A program made the position numbers and the translations under genes. From a virus: 64,000 nucleotides of DNA. Location: IMG/VR virus record IMGVR_UViG_3300035042_000066. One strand, 5' to 3'. The notes beneath the pieces were generated by a model, which was given only the letters and a program-made list of their open reading frames with translations, had not been told where the DNA came from and did no database searches. Within the stretch, counting starts at the first letter, position 1. The number at the start of each line of letters is the position of its first letter. Below, in pieces: positions 1 to 9,072 of this stretch.

Positions 1-970
1 GTATTGTAGACAACTCAGGTAGAAATACTTTATAACTAATAATATATCCATTTTGTTTAAGTTGATTTACAAATTTCACTCTATCTTTACGAGTAAGATT
101 AGTTCTATCAATCACCATGTTATCTTCATGTTTTAATAGATATTGAAACACTTCTCTAAATTCTTTATCTACTTTTTTCTGGTCTACCTTTTTCCATGCT
201 TCATTATAATTATCAGTACCAGCTAAATCTAACACTAACTGATCCCTAGATAGAATGTTGTTATAACTTTTTTCTATTGCATAAGTACTTTTACCAGAAT
301 TAGGTAATCCAATTAAGAAAATAGCTTCAGCATTAATTTTATTTGAAAATGGTGGACATACCTTTTTGTTGTATTCTGATATATAATCTAACATTTCAAT
401 GATATAATTTTGAGAATTAGAAAATGGGTCTTTCTTTGATATATTACCAAATGAATCGGCTAACCTCAATGAATACAAGTCACGTAGAAAATCTGAATTT
501 TTCTTCCACTTAACCCAATGTTTATTTGGATTTACATCAAATAAATCACCATGATAATTAATCAATTTTAATGTGTATATTATTTGTTCTTTAGTGAAAT
601 TAGGGTCTAACTCTTTAATCACATTAATAGCTTTAAATGTACTAACCCCAGCATGATTTTTGAACATAATGCGTTCTTTATCTTCTACCCATTCTCTACA
701 TTCAGGTTTACCAATATCATGTAGCAATGATGCTAAGATTAGTTCTTTCCATGTCTTAGGGAAAAAATCATTTTCTATAAAGTTACGCATCACATGAGAA
801 TAAACCATCATGGTGTGAGTAAACACATTACCTTCTGCATGATATTGGGATTTGAAGTTTAGTCCAGCTTCATTATGATCTGACTGGTTTAACTCATAAC
901 AAATACCCATGTCATGTAATTTATGAACTAGGTTCCAACCATATTCATGTACATCATTAAAATCAGTCAT
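1..970 (-). CDS. HD-domain phosphohydrolase fused to P-loop (polynucleotide-kinase-like) domain; runs off window edge
   Basis: Manual translation from ATG at 970 (ATGA overlap with upstream stop): YHAEGNVFTHTMMV...LLHDIGKP (HD) and IGLPNSGKST (Walker A). Confidence 0.8.
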   Translation of the reverse strand, partial: MTDFNDVHEYGWNLVHKLHDMGICYELNQSDHNEAGLNFKSQYHAEGNVFTHTMMVYSHVMRNFIENDFFPKTWKELILASLLHDIGKPECREWVEDKERIMFKNHAGVSTFKAINVIKELDPNFTKEQIIYTLKLINYHGDLFDVNPNKHWVKWKKNSDFLRDLYSLRLADSFGNISKKDPFSNSQNYIIEMLDYISEYNKKVCPPFSNKINAEAIFLIGLPNSGKSTYAIEKSYNNILSRDQLVLDLAGTDNYNEAWKKVDQKKVDKEFREVFQYLLKHEDNMVIDRTNLTRKDRVKFVNQLKQNGYIISYKVFLPELSTI

Positions 971-1310
971 CATAAAACTCCTTTGCGGTATTATCAATAC
1001 GTTCACACCAGTCACATTTAGAAACTATGTTTGCTCTAAGTTCTTTCTCATTAGAGTAATATTCAGGCGAAATAATTAGATTATCGTTAACACTAAAAAC
1101 CCAACGATACTTAGTAACTGGCTCTTTGTAAATCTTATAACCACTAGGAGAACTTAATTCGTTTAGGTTATTTAAATCAATAGGTGTTTTATCTTCTTCT
1201 ACAAAGACTCGATAAACAAAATCATACCATACATAAGTGCCTTTATGCCAGTACTCATGTGTAATTTTATGTCCATCCATCATTTTACGAATTGCTTGTG
1301 TTTTAGTCAT
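963..1310 (-). CDS. hypothetical phage protein
   Basis: 115-aa ORF, RBS, operon-packed. Confidence 0.7.
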   Translation of the reverse strand: MTKTQAIRKMMDGHKITHEYWHKGTYVWYDFVYRVFVEEDKTPIDLNNLNELSSPSGYKIYKEPVTKYRWVFSVNDNLIISPEYYSNEKELRANIVSKCDWCERIDNTAKEFYDD

Positions 1311-1322
1311 TTTTAATCTCCT

Positions 1323-1811
1323 TTAAATAAGTTCTTCAATACTAACTGGTCTATAGTTCCAAACATCTACACCTACATTATAACGAGTTCCTTCACAGTT
1401 GTCAATAACATTATCATGTATATGTCCATATAAATGTAAAAACCTATGATGCTTACCATTCCACGATTCAATAGGATAATGAAACAATATAAACTTTAAC
1501 CCATTATACTTTAATTCCTTATAGTAGTCAACACTTTCCCAACCTAGTTTCTTAACTCTATTATCGTCATGATTGCCTAAAATTAAGTGTTTCTTGCCGT
1601 TTAGCCTATTGAATATGTGTTGCATGTATTCTCTACCACAAAAACCAAAATCACCTAAGTGGTAAATGATATCATTTGGTTTAACAACTCCATTCCAATT
1701 AGTGATTAGTTGTTCGTCCATTTCAGGTGTGTCAAAAAACGGCCTATCGCAATACTTGATCACTTTGTCATGTCCAAAGTGAGTATCAGCCGTGAAGTAA
1801 ATCATTCCCAT
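1323..1811 (-). CDS. calcineurin-like metallophosphoesterase
   Basis: DTHFGH, HLGD, GNHD, HYP, GHIH motifs. Confidence 0.9.
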   Translation of the reverse strand: MGMIYFTADTHFGHDKVIKYCDRPFFDTPEMDEQLITNWNGVVKPNDIIYHLGDFGFCGREYMQHIFNRLNGKKHLILGNHDDNRVKKLGWESVDYYKELKYNGLKFILFHYPIESWNGKHHRFLHLYGHIHDNVIDNCEGTRYNVGVDVWNYRPVSIEELI

Positions 1812-2776
1812 TCTCCGTGATAGTTTTCAAGAACATCAATAATAATTAGATTAACAAAATTAGATTTAATATTCTCAGGGTAATTTGATTGTTCAGCTAG
1901 TTTCTCTACTCGTTCAATTCCATCCTCAAGAGTAGGCAACACTGAGCCTTTAAAATCTAGTTGACCTTGTTTCACTAACTTTAGATATTCAGCATCTTTT
2001 AGAGGAAACTTTAAATCACCAGTGGTGTAAATTTCCTCAAGTTGAAGAGTAGCCCTAATTGCATGTGACATCGCTTTCCAATCTACTTCTTCATTGTTTG
2101 CCGCTTTTCTAGCTCTATCACCGTACTTGTCTAAAAATGATTGAACTATATCTTTAGCGTAACTAACTTTAATAGTTTCTTGTAGTTGCTTGCCACAGAA
2201 ATTGAACAGACGGATATCGGGATTATGTGGGCTACAGGTTGAAAATGTTGAATGTTCATCAGTAGGTAGCTGTTCCCAAAATTCAGAAATCCTTTGATTA
2301 TCGTCTTTAGTGTTAAGAAAGTCTAATAGTTTCTTAGCAGAGTTAATACGACTTCCTTTCATTCCATATTTTGCCGCCTGCTTTTTACAGTAACCCATGA
2401 AAGCCTTCATATTTTTAGTATAAAAAAACCTGCGTCTATCATAAATATAATCCCAATGTATAGTTTTATGGATTACTTGTTCAGTAGAGTGAATCATATC
2501 TAATGCTACTGTTTCGGCTTTTCTTAGTAACTCTAAAAAATAGTGTAGCGAATACAACTGACAATCAATATCATCTTTACTGTTTTTCTGATTACTGGTA
2601 TTACTGTCAAACGATACTTGTTTAGGAATGTTACCTAACATGATTTGTTCTTTTGTGGGAATAAACACACCCTTGTAATCAGCATCTGATTCTGGAGTAT
2701 CAGTACCATAAAGGTGTGAACCAAATTTAGTCAGAAAGATCACATTATAATTATCATATATTTCCTTAAAGTCCAT
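1802..2776 (-). CDS. Pol-beta-superfamily nucleotidyltransferase (T4 NrdC.11-like)
   Basis: FGSHLYGTDTPESDADYKG motif (GS...DxD), WKAMSHAIR. Confidence 0.85.
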   Translation of the reverse strand: MDFKEIYDNYNVIFLTKFGSHLYGTDTPESDADYKGVFIPTKEQIMLGNIPKQVSFDSNTSNQKNSKDDIDCQLYSLHYFLELLRKAETVALDMIHSTEQVIHKTIHWDYIYDRRRFFYTKNMKAFMGYCKKQAAKYGMKGSRINSAKKLLDFLNTKDDNQRISEFWEQLPTDEHSTFSTCSPHNPDIRLFNFCGKQLQETIKVSYAKDIVQSFLDKYGDRARKAANNEEVDWKAMSHAIRATLQLEEIYTTGDLKFPLKDAEYLKLVKQGQLDFKGSVLPTLEDGIERVEKLAEQSNYPENIKSNFVNLIIIDVLENYHGEWE

Positions 2777-3150
2777 TATAAATCTTCTCCCATCTCTTCA
2801 GTAATGAATTTGTTTTCTAATACTAGAATTTCGGTAGGTGTAAAAATAGTACACCTGAATTGTTCCATTGCTTGCATGAGGTGTTGTGCAAAATCAAAAG
2901 ACATGTCAAACACCACAAAATCGTAAACAGGAAATCTAGGATAATTGATAAGCCCTACAATATATCCCGGTTCATTACCATTTGGATATACGAAATTAGT
3001 TCTAGTTACAGTGACACCAACACAATTCGTATCACAAAACATTTGACAATATTTGAGGACTTGTTCTTCTGAAATTGTAGTATCAGTATACCCAACCTTT
3101 GCGCCAATATGGATTTGCACATCAAATCTCGGTAGTTTTTCGAAGTCCAT
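2776..3150 (-). CDS. hypothetical protein
   Basis: 124-aa ORF coupled to neighbours. Confidence 0.7.
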   Translation of the reverse strand: MDFEKLPRFDVQIHIGAKVGYTDTTISEEQVLKYCQMFCDTNCVGVTVTRTNFVYPNGNEPGYIVGLINYPRFPVYDFVVFDMSFDFAQHLMQAMEQFRCTIFTPTEILVLENKFITEEMGEDL

Positions 3151-3408
3151 TATCCTACTCCATTATCTCTTAGAAGGGAAACAAAATTCTCAAAGAATAT
3201 AGTACGATACTTCTTATCTCTGAACAACTCACAATACTCAGGTTTATTAGCTAAACAACACATTAATTGATTAGCGGTTTTTATCTTGTTAAAATTTACT
3301 TCATCATCATAAGATAAAACATTTACTGGTAATGCGTCACCAAACCTTTATACTATCATAGTGTTTCTTTGCTTTTGATACATCATCTGCTAATGCCATT
3401 GGAAACAT
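3150..3408 (-). pseudogene. small gene with an apparent +1 frameshift near 3348
   Basis: MFPMALADDVSKAKKHYDSI continues as RFGDALPVNVLSYDDE...LLRDNGVG* in another frame; stop overlaps next ATG. Confidence 0.45.
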
Positions 3409-3445
3409 AATATAAACCTTTCTCAATTGGTAGTTTGTTTCTCTG

Positions 3446-3519
3446 ACTTACAATTACACTATACACTACTTAAAACCATTTGTAAACAAAAAAGCACTAG
3501 AAAATTAATCCTAGTGCTT
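3446..3519 (-). promoter_or_regulatory. terminator hairpin + early promoter cassette, copy 1
   Basis: Minus strand: AAGCACTAG..CTAGTGCTTTTTT, then GTTTACA..TATAGT; about 50 bp nearly identical to 3781-3833. Confidence 0.75.
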
Positions 3520-3573
3520 AGTTGAAATATTGATTTGTTAATTTTAGAGACCAGCTTTTTTCGGATATTAATA

Positions 3574-3747
3574 TTAACGAAAAATGTCTCCAATCATACA
3601 AATAGGAAATCCAGTTTTTCTTGCTAATTCCTTATCTATGGAGTCAAGTAAGCGATTATTTTCTTTACAGTAGATACGATTTCTTAACTTTCTCCTGTCT
3701 TCAACCAGAGAGAAGATTTCTTGATTTGCTTTTTGAATGTCTTTCAT
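3574..3747 (-). CDS. small hypothetical protein (57 aa)
   Basis: AGGAGG RBS, MKDIQKANQEIF...GDIFR*; lies between the two promoter cassettes. Confidence 0.6.
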   Translation of the reverse strand: MKDIQKANQEIFSLVEDRRKLRNRIYCKENNRLLDSIDKELARKTGFPICMIGDIFR

Positions 3748-3780
3748 ATCATCCTCCTATAATGTGGGGTGTTTTTTCTC

Positions 3781-3864
3781 ACTTACAATTACACTATACA
3801 CTACTTAGAACCATTTGTAAACAAAAAAAGCACACTAAGACTAATTTAAATCCTAGTGTGCTTT
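3781..3864 (-). promoter_or_regulatory. terminator hairpin + early promoter cassette, copy 2
   Basis: AAAGCACACTAG..TAGTGTGCTTTTTTT followed by GTTTACA..TATAGT. Confidence 0.75.
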
Positions 3865-3869
3865 GTGAT

Positions 3870-4070
3870 CTACATCAGTGTTACGTATGTTCTATTTCCT
3901 CTAACTGATATAATAGCATCTAACAAATATTGAGCTTCTACGAGTATACAATATTCATTTTCTGAATTTCCTATATAAACATACTTGTCATTTTCTACAG
4001 ATTGGATAAAAATATCATCTCCCTCATAAGCATCATACTTGTTTTAAATTTCTACAGATTCGCTATTTAT
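3870..4070 (-). pseudogene. decayed small gene (start lost, internal TAA at 4044-4046)
   Basis: GGAGGA RBS then SESVEI*NKYDAYEGDDIFIQ...YVTLM*. Confidence 0.35.
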
Positions 4071-4402
4071 TTGTTCCTCCCAAAATTTATCCAGTTTATG
4101 TTCATTACGTCAGGGCATACTTCTAGTAAATGCACTGTATTACCACTATTTTCAACAATATTACTTAATGCTCCCATAGAAAAACTATTTCTAATTCCAT
4201 ACGTTTCTTTATGGCATTTATATATAGACTTAGAATAACCATAAAAGTAATAATATTCATTATCTTCTTCTGCACTGAGGACACCAGAATTTAGTCTCCA
4301 TTTACTTCCCCAGAGATACCCACCACACCATGAAGCAAACACTCTATAATGTGGGTCAGTACCAGTAATTTTCAATAATACCCAATCATGAGGAGTATAC
4401 AT
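4067..4402 (-). CDS. conserved phage hypothetical protein
   Basis: YTPHDWVLLKI...YRVFASWCGGYLWGSKWRLNSG. Confidence 0.75.
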   Translation of the reverse strand: MYTPHDWVLLKITGTDPHYRVFASWCGGYLWGSKWRLNSGVLSAEEDNEYYYFYGYSKSIYKCHKETYGIRNSFSMGALSNIVENSGNTVHLLEVCPDVMNINWINFGRNK

Positions 4403-4485
4403 TATTTTTTCCTTATTTCTAGTGTTAATGTGTTAATGTGTTCATGTATTCTGATATTCACTATATAATATAATATGCTTTATCA

Positions 4486-5160
4486 TTAGACTAATTGTTT
4501 CTTTAATTCTTCGTATAATTTTTCTGATATTTCAATATCTTTACCATCTATAGTAATTATTTTCTTGTTAGATACAACTTCATATCCTGAAATTCTAGAA
4601 TCATTTAACTTTATTACTTGGTGTTCTGGAACAATTATCACTTCAAAAATATCACGTCTAACTACTACACAATTATAACCAGTTTTAAAGGTACAATTAG
4701 AACCTGTATCAAAGGTACAATCAGAACCTGTATCAAAAGTACAACAAGAACCTGTATCAAAAATACAATTAGAACCTGTATCAAAGGTACAATCAGAACC
4801 TGTATCAAAAGTACAACAAGAACCTGTATCAAAAATACAATTAGAACCTGTATCAAAGGTACAATCAGAACTAGTTTTAAAGGTACAATAAGAACCTGTA
4901 TCAAAAGTACAATAAGAACCTGTATCAAAAATACAATTAGAACCAGTTTTAAAAGTACAATTAGAATCTGTATCAAAGGTACAATCAGAACCAGTTTTAA
5001 AGGTACAATCAGAACCAGTTTTAAATGTTACAGTATTACACTCTGAAAAATCTAATACCAAACCTCTTTGTTCAGAACTAAAAGTTAAAGCAACTTCATC
5101 CCAAACATACAAATTAAAATCAATTGGTTTACCATTTTTTGTTACAGTGAAATTTTCCAT
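4486..5160 (-). CDS. octapeptide (FxTGSxCx) repeat protein, 15 repeats
   Basis: 24-nt coding tandem repeat; paralog of 5900..6514. Confidence 0.85.
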   Translation of the reverse strand: MENFTVTKNGKPIDFNLYVWDEVALTFSSEQRGLVLDFSECNTVTFKTGSDCTFKTGSDCTFDTDSNCTFKTGSNCIFDTGSYCTFDTGSYCTFKTSSDCTFDTGSNCIFDTGSCCTFDTGSDCTFDTGSNCIFDTGSCCTFDTGSDCTFDTGSNCTFKTGYNCVVVRRDIFEVIIVPEHQVIKLNDSRISGYEVVSNKKIITIDGKDIEISEKLYEELKKQLV

Positions 5161-5171
5161 CTCAATTCTCC

Positions 5172-5335
5172 TTAATTAATTGGTTTAATATGATCCCAAG
5201 ACAAAATATGAACTGCTTGTTTAGATTTTGAATCATATTCATCATCAAAACAATAATATTTACCTATTATGTTATCATAATGACTATAATGACGACAACA
5301 TCAATCACTACTTTCGTTATGTCTTACTTTTACTT
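5172..5335 (-). pseudogene. decayed ORF downstream of the MITE
   Basis: VKVRHNESSD*CCRHYSHY...SWDHIKPIN* with TGA at 5301-5303; no intact start. Confidence 0.35.
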
Positions 5336-5421
5336 AATATTGAATGTAGCCTGATTTCTATAAGCGATACCGTTTATACATGGTCATAAAATGAGCTTCA
5401 CTACATAGTAGGATAGGCTTG

Positions 5422-5617
5422 GTGAACTACCCACAGGCTTTAGACTGTGGGCTTCTTAGGTAATATTTGCTTTTACTAGCCAAATAAATTTACTAAGCTA
5501 TCCCCGAAGTTCCTTCGGTTAATATTCTAAAACCCTCTTCTTTTATATTTTTACTCTTCCATCCCATATTATACCTTTTCTACCCACAGTCTAAAGCCTG
5601 TGGGATTTCTTTTTTTT
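5422..5617 (-). mobile_element. non-autonomous IS200/IS605 derivative (MITE/PATE) of the element at 47281-48990
   Basis: Reverse complement matches 47281-47352 joined to 48866-48990 via TAAAAATA microhomology; preceded by TTTAA, ends in TCAC. Confidence 0.95.
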
Positions 5618-5625
5618 TTAAATAC

Positions 5626-5654
5626 AATATACACTGTTTAACTTAACTAGTCAA
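5626..5654 (-). promoter_or_regulatory. sigma70-type promoter firing into the MITE
   Basis: TTGACT-N17-TATATT; predicted +1 at about 5619. Confidence 0.7.
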
Positions 5655-5658
5655 CTTT

Positions 5659-5883
5659 TTATTTTACAAAATCACAATTACCATCAGATTGATAATCACT
5701 TAATCCAATAAAATCATTATTGTGGGTATTTTCTATCACTACACTACAATCTCTAGCAAACGAATAAACACATCCACAATTGTTACATTTTATAATTGAT
5801 TCATGGAATGAAATAGTATCTAATTGCGATATTATTTTAGTGTCATTTGTTCCACATTGTGGACACTTATCTTTACTAATCAT
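5659..5883 (-). CDS. small zinc-ribbon protein
   Basis: CPQC...CNNC. Confidence 0.6.
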   Translation of the reverse strand: MISKDKCPQCGTNDTKIISQLDTISFHESIIKCNNCGCVYSFARDCSVVIENTHNNDFIGLSDYQSDGNCDFVK

Positions 5884-5899
5884 GTTCCCTTTAATCCTT

Positions 5900-6514
5900 T
5901 CATAAAGTCAATTGTTTCTTTAGTTGCTCGTATGATTCTTCTGATATTTCGATGTCTTTACCATCTATGGTAATTATTTTGTTATTAGAGATAATTTCAT
6001 ATCCTGATACCCCACAACAATTCAATCGAATTTTCTGATTTTCTGGAACAATTATTACATCAAACACATCACGTCTAATAACTACACAATGAGAACCAGC
6101 ATTAAATGTGCAATCAAAACCAGTATTAAATATGCAATCAGAACCAGTATTAAATGTGCAATCAGAACCAGTATTAAATGCGCAATCAGAACCAGTATTA
6201 AATGTGCAATCAAGACCAGTATTAAATATGCAATCAAAACCAGTATTAAATATGCAATCAGAACCAGTGTTAAATGTGCAACCAAAACCAGTTTTAAATA
6301 TACAACGAGAACCAGTTTTAAATGTGCAATCAGAACCAGTGTTAAATATTACATCATCATAATCTGAAAAATCTAATACTAATCCTCCTTTATAAGAGCT
6401 AAAAGTTAAAGTAGATTCATCCCAATTGTACAGATCATCAGAATTAAGTTCTTTGCCGTTTTTTGTCACACTGAATTTTTTCATTTTAAATCTCCTTTTT
6501 AATTCACTGATCAT
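5900..6514 (-). CDS. octapeptide (FNTGSDCx) repeat protein, 11 repeats (probable start 6484)
   Basis: 24-nt coding repeat; shares N-terminus and KIITIDGKDIEISE C-terminus with 4486..5160. Confidence 0.85.
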   Translation of the reverse strand: MISELKRRFKMKKFSVTKNGKELNSDDLYNWDESTLTFSSYKGGLVLDFSDYDDVIFNTGSDCTFKTGSRCIFKTGFGCTFNTGSDCIFNTGFDCIFNTGLDCTFNTGSDCAFNTGSDCTFNTGSDCIFNTGFDCTFNAGSHCVVIRRDVFDVIIVPENQKIRLNCCGVSGYEIISNNKIITIDGKDIEISEESYEQLKKQLTL

Positions 6515-7031
6515 TTTCTTTTAATCCTTTCATAAAGTCAATTGTTTGTTGTACTTGTTCTTCTGTCAAACTGGTTTGAAATTTTTGTGATTCTGTTTCA
6601 TAGTCTACACATAGAACAACATTATGATGTTTAGGGTATTCTTTAATTTCATCAAAGAAGCAAACATTCATATTATCCTTACAAACATATCTACCATCAT
6701 ACTCAGCAATAAAGACTACTGGTTCCCATTCATGTTTAAATTTAGCTAATACTGTTTCACCTTTCTTAGGAATCCACACGTTAAACATATTTAACGCTTC
6801 TTGGATAGAAATAATATCAAAGCCATTTTTAACATAGAAATCAATACAATCCCAACTCAACGAAGGTATTGATGACAAATTAAAACATATGGGATATTCT
6901 ATAGGGTTAAACCCCCCATATATATACATAAAAGTTGATAGACTAGGCTCCCAACCTTCACTTTCACATATACAGCTAAACTTCTCTAGGTCTTCTTCAT
7001 TATCAATACGTACCGCAATCTTATTGATCAT
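6504..7031 (-). CDS. hypothetical protein
   Basis: 175-aa ORF with RBS. Confidence 0.7.
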   Translation of the reverse strand: MINKIAVRIDNEEDLEKFSCICESEGWEPSLSTFMYIYGGFNPIEYPICFNLSSIPSLSWDCIDFYVKNGFDIISIQEALNMFNVWIPKKGETVLAKFKHEWEPVVFIAEYDGRYVCKDNMNVCFFDEIKEYPKHHNVVLCVDYETESQKFQTSLTEEQVQQTIDFMKGLKENDQ

Positions 7032-7043
7032 ATCTAATCTCCT

Positions 7044-7733
7044 TTAAGTCCAAAGATTTTGATAGTATTTACCAAACAATCTTAGTCCATTATTAATTCT
7101 AGCTTGATGAGCTTGATATCCTTCTACATCAAAATGACTATTATCTTTTTCGGTGCGTTCTACTCTAAATAATTTGGCTTCATCATGTGGCACTTCATTA
7201 CCGTTTTTATCTACAGGCACAAACTTAAAATCGATTTCACCTGTATGATATTGATTTTCCCAATCAATATTGTATTGCTCAAAAGCCCAAATCATTTCAT
7301 CTAACACATAATCAAAACGATCAAACCAATGTTCATCAGTATCCATATAACTATCATCATCTTCATATGGTCTTTCTAGTTCTTTAGGTACATCTTCGTT
7401 ATCGACTGATGGAGCACCTTCTTTGCTTTTCTTAAACTCTTTAAGTAATGGCAGAATAATGTAAGCTAATGTAGCATCAGCAGAAAAAGTATCCCAATAA
7501 TCAATCTTAATCTTTACTTTTTGTGATGGAAGTTTATCATAATACCACTTGTTTATAGTGTTGTTTAGCACAATCTGCCAAGCATCACACACCTTTTCGA
7601 TAAACTTGTCTAATTGTGTATATTCAGATTCTTTAATTTCAAAATGGTATTTGCCATGTAGTTTCTCTAAGCACCAATTTTCGAAGTTATAAGTAACCCA
7701 TCTATAATTAAATTTTCCTATTTTTACTTTCAT
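7044..7733 (-). CDS. conserved phage hypothetical protein
   Basis: KIDYWDTFSADATLAYIILPLLK...WFDRFDYVLDEMIWAF...NGLRLFGKYYQNLW. Confidence 0.8.
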   Translation of the reverse strand: MKVKIGKFNYRWVTYNFENWCLEKLHGKYHFEIKESEYTQLDKFIEKVCDAWQIVLNNTINKWYYDKLPSQKVKIKIDYWDTFSADATLAYIILPLLKEFKKSKEGAPSVDNEDVPKELERPYEDDDSYMDTDEHWFDRFDYVLDEMIWAFEQYNIDWENQYHTGEIDFKFVPVDKNGNEVPHDEAKLFRVERTEKDNSHFDVEGYQAHQARINNGLRLFGKYYQNLWT

Positions 7734-7735
7734 GA

Positions 7736-7948
7736 TTACTTTCCTTTTTGTTTAAAATTAGGACAATTATTATTCCAATTTAATTCTTGGGGTTCATTTA
7801 TGGATTCCTCTCTTGTGCCATACCAATCATAAACAGTTCTCAAATTAATTGGATGTTTGCAAATATAAGTTTTAGATTGATATTCTGAAGTTGGTAATAT
7901 AGATTCATATAGAAATTCACAATCCTTACAGTATACTTTGTTTTTCAT
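7736..7948 (-). CDS. small Cys-rich hypothetical protein
   Basis: CKDC...C...C ORF in operon. Confidence 0.6.
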   Translation of the reverse strand: MKNKVYCKDCEFLYESILPTSEYQSKTYICKHPINLRTVYDWYGTREESINEPQELNWNNNCPNFKQKGK

Positions 7949-7950
7949 TT

Positions 7951-8277
7951 CTAATCTCCACTAGTCAAAAGGTTATACAAATCTTCTATTGTTTCTAATG
8001 GCATTTCTTTTCCATATTCATCTAATAACGTCAATGCTCTATTACCGTACTTTTGTTTATTATTATATTCACCAAAATTTAATTCCCATATCCAATAATC
8101 AATCCATTTGGGTCCTTGATCACCAAATATGATTTCTAGTAGTTCAATATTGTGTTGTAATAATTCACTTCCAAAATCAACAACACCATCACAATGAAGA
8201 ACATTTTTTAAGTTTCTAATATCCTTAATAAACTTTTCAATAGCTTTAATGTTTTTCTCAAATTCAGTGTAATCCAT
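7951..8277 (-). CDS. hypothetical protein
   Basis: 108-aa ORF, RBS GGAG. Confidence 0.7.
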   Translation of the reverse strand: MDYTEFEKNIKAIEKFIKDIRNLKNVLHCDGVVDFGSELLQHNIELLEIIFGDQGPKWIDYWIWELNFGEYNNKQKYGNRALTLLDEYGKEMPLETIEDLYNLLTSGD

Positions 8278-8317
8278 ATTTTAATCTCCTTCAATGCGTT
8301 TATCAATCAAATACAAT

Positions 8318-8360
8318 GTGACGCTCCTCGGGGCAAGCCCACGAGGTTTTCTTGGTAGTT
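8318..8360 (-). mobile_element. IS200/IS605-type right-end scar
   Basis: GAAAACCTCGTGGGCTTGCCCCGAGGAGCGTCAC: GC-rich hairpin ending in TCAC. Confidence 0.55.
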
Positions 8361-8368
8361 CCCTATAA

Positions 8369-9055
8369 CTATTTTCCAATCAATTCATTTATTCCATCTT
8401 CTAACCAATCAAATTCGCCCGTTTTTACCATTTCTTCCCACATCAAACTAGCAATATATCTTATTTCCATGTGTGCATTCTTGTCTAATCGCAATCTGAA
8501 GAAATTCAATAGTGACCTTAAGTTAATAGTCCATACAAAATTAACTCTAAAATTTTCAGGCAGCAAGTACTTTAAAACATCATTATCCTTTTTTTTGTTA
8601 TAACAATAAAGATAATTATAATATAATTGTTCAATTTCTAATTTATTACGTCTAATTAAAGAAAACATAAAATATTCTTTTTTCTTCTCATCCCAGTCAG
8701 TTTCAGATAAATCAGGAACAACTAAGTAGTCACTAGGATTAATGTTATCTAGTCCTACTTTTTGAATTTCCTTAAATAACTTATCTAACACATAGCGAGT
8801 AGATTCTACAGTAGGACTAGCGATTCTATGTCTAGCATGTTCTTGTAATTCCAATCTACTGCTACCACTAATCTCAAAGGTGAGATTGATATGTTCTAGC
8901 ACAGAACCGTGACGTTCATTGAGTTTATCATTTAGACAAACCTTCTTTAGTAATTTAGTATCACCTTTTCCATAATTAGCATATGGTTTTTCTAATGCTT
9001 TTACTGCTATACTAATAGGAGTATGATGTAGTAGTCCAACTTTGATGTTTTTCAT
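8369..9055 (-). CDS. thyX: flavin-dependent thymidylate synthase
   Basis: HGSVLEH, EHARHRIAS..ESTRY, NLRSLLNFFRLR..AHMEIR. Confidence 0.92.
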   Translation of the reverse strand: MKNIKVGLLHHTPISIAVKALEKPYANYGKGDTKLLKKVCLNDKLNERHGSVLEHINLTFEISGSSRLELQEHARHRIASPTVESTRYVLDKLFKEIQKVGLDNINPSDYLVVPDLSETDWDEKKKEYFMFSLIRRNKLEIEQLYYNYLYCYNKKKDNDVLKYLLPENFRVNFVWTINLRSLLNFFRLRLDKNAHMEIRYIASLMWEEMVKTGEFDWLEDGINELIGK

Positions 9056-9072
9056 AACATTTAACCCTCACA

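Noticed and set aside
5172-5335. TGA read as Trp (alternative genetic code)
   Set aside because: Neighbouring genes end in TGA with ATGA overlaps (963, 1802) and long genes translate cleanly in code 11
4618-6367. 24-bp tandem repeats as a CRISPR array or DGR; overlapping ORFs 4618+, 4665-, 6082-, 6089+, 6108+
   Set aside because: Repeats are contiguous without spacers and encode in-frame octapeptides; no cas or reverse transcriptase gene; the other ORFs are stop-free shadows of the repeat
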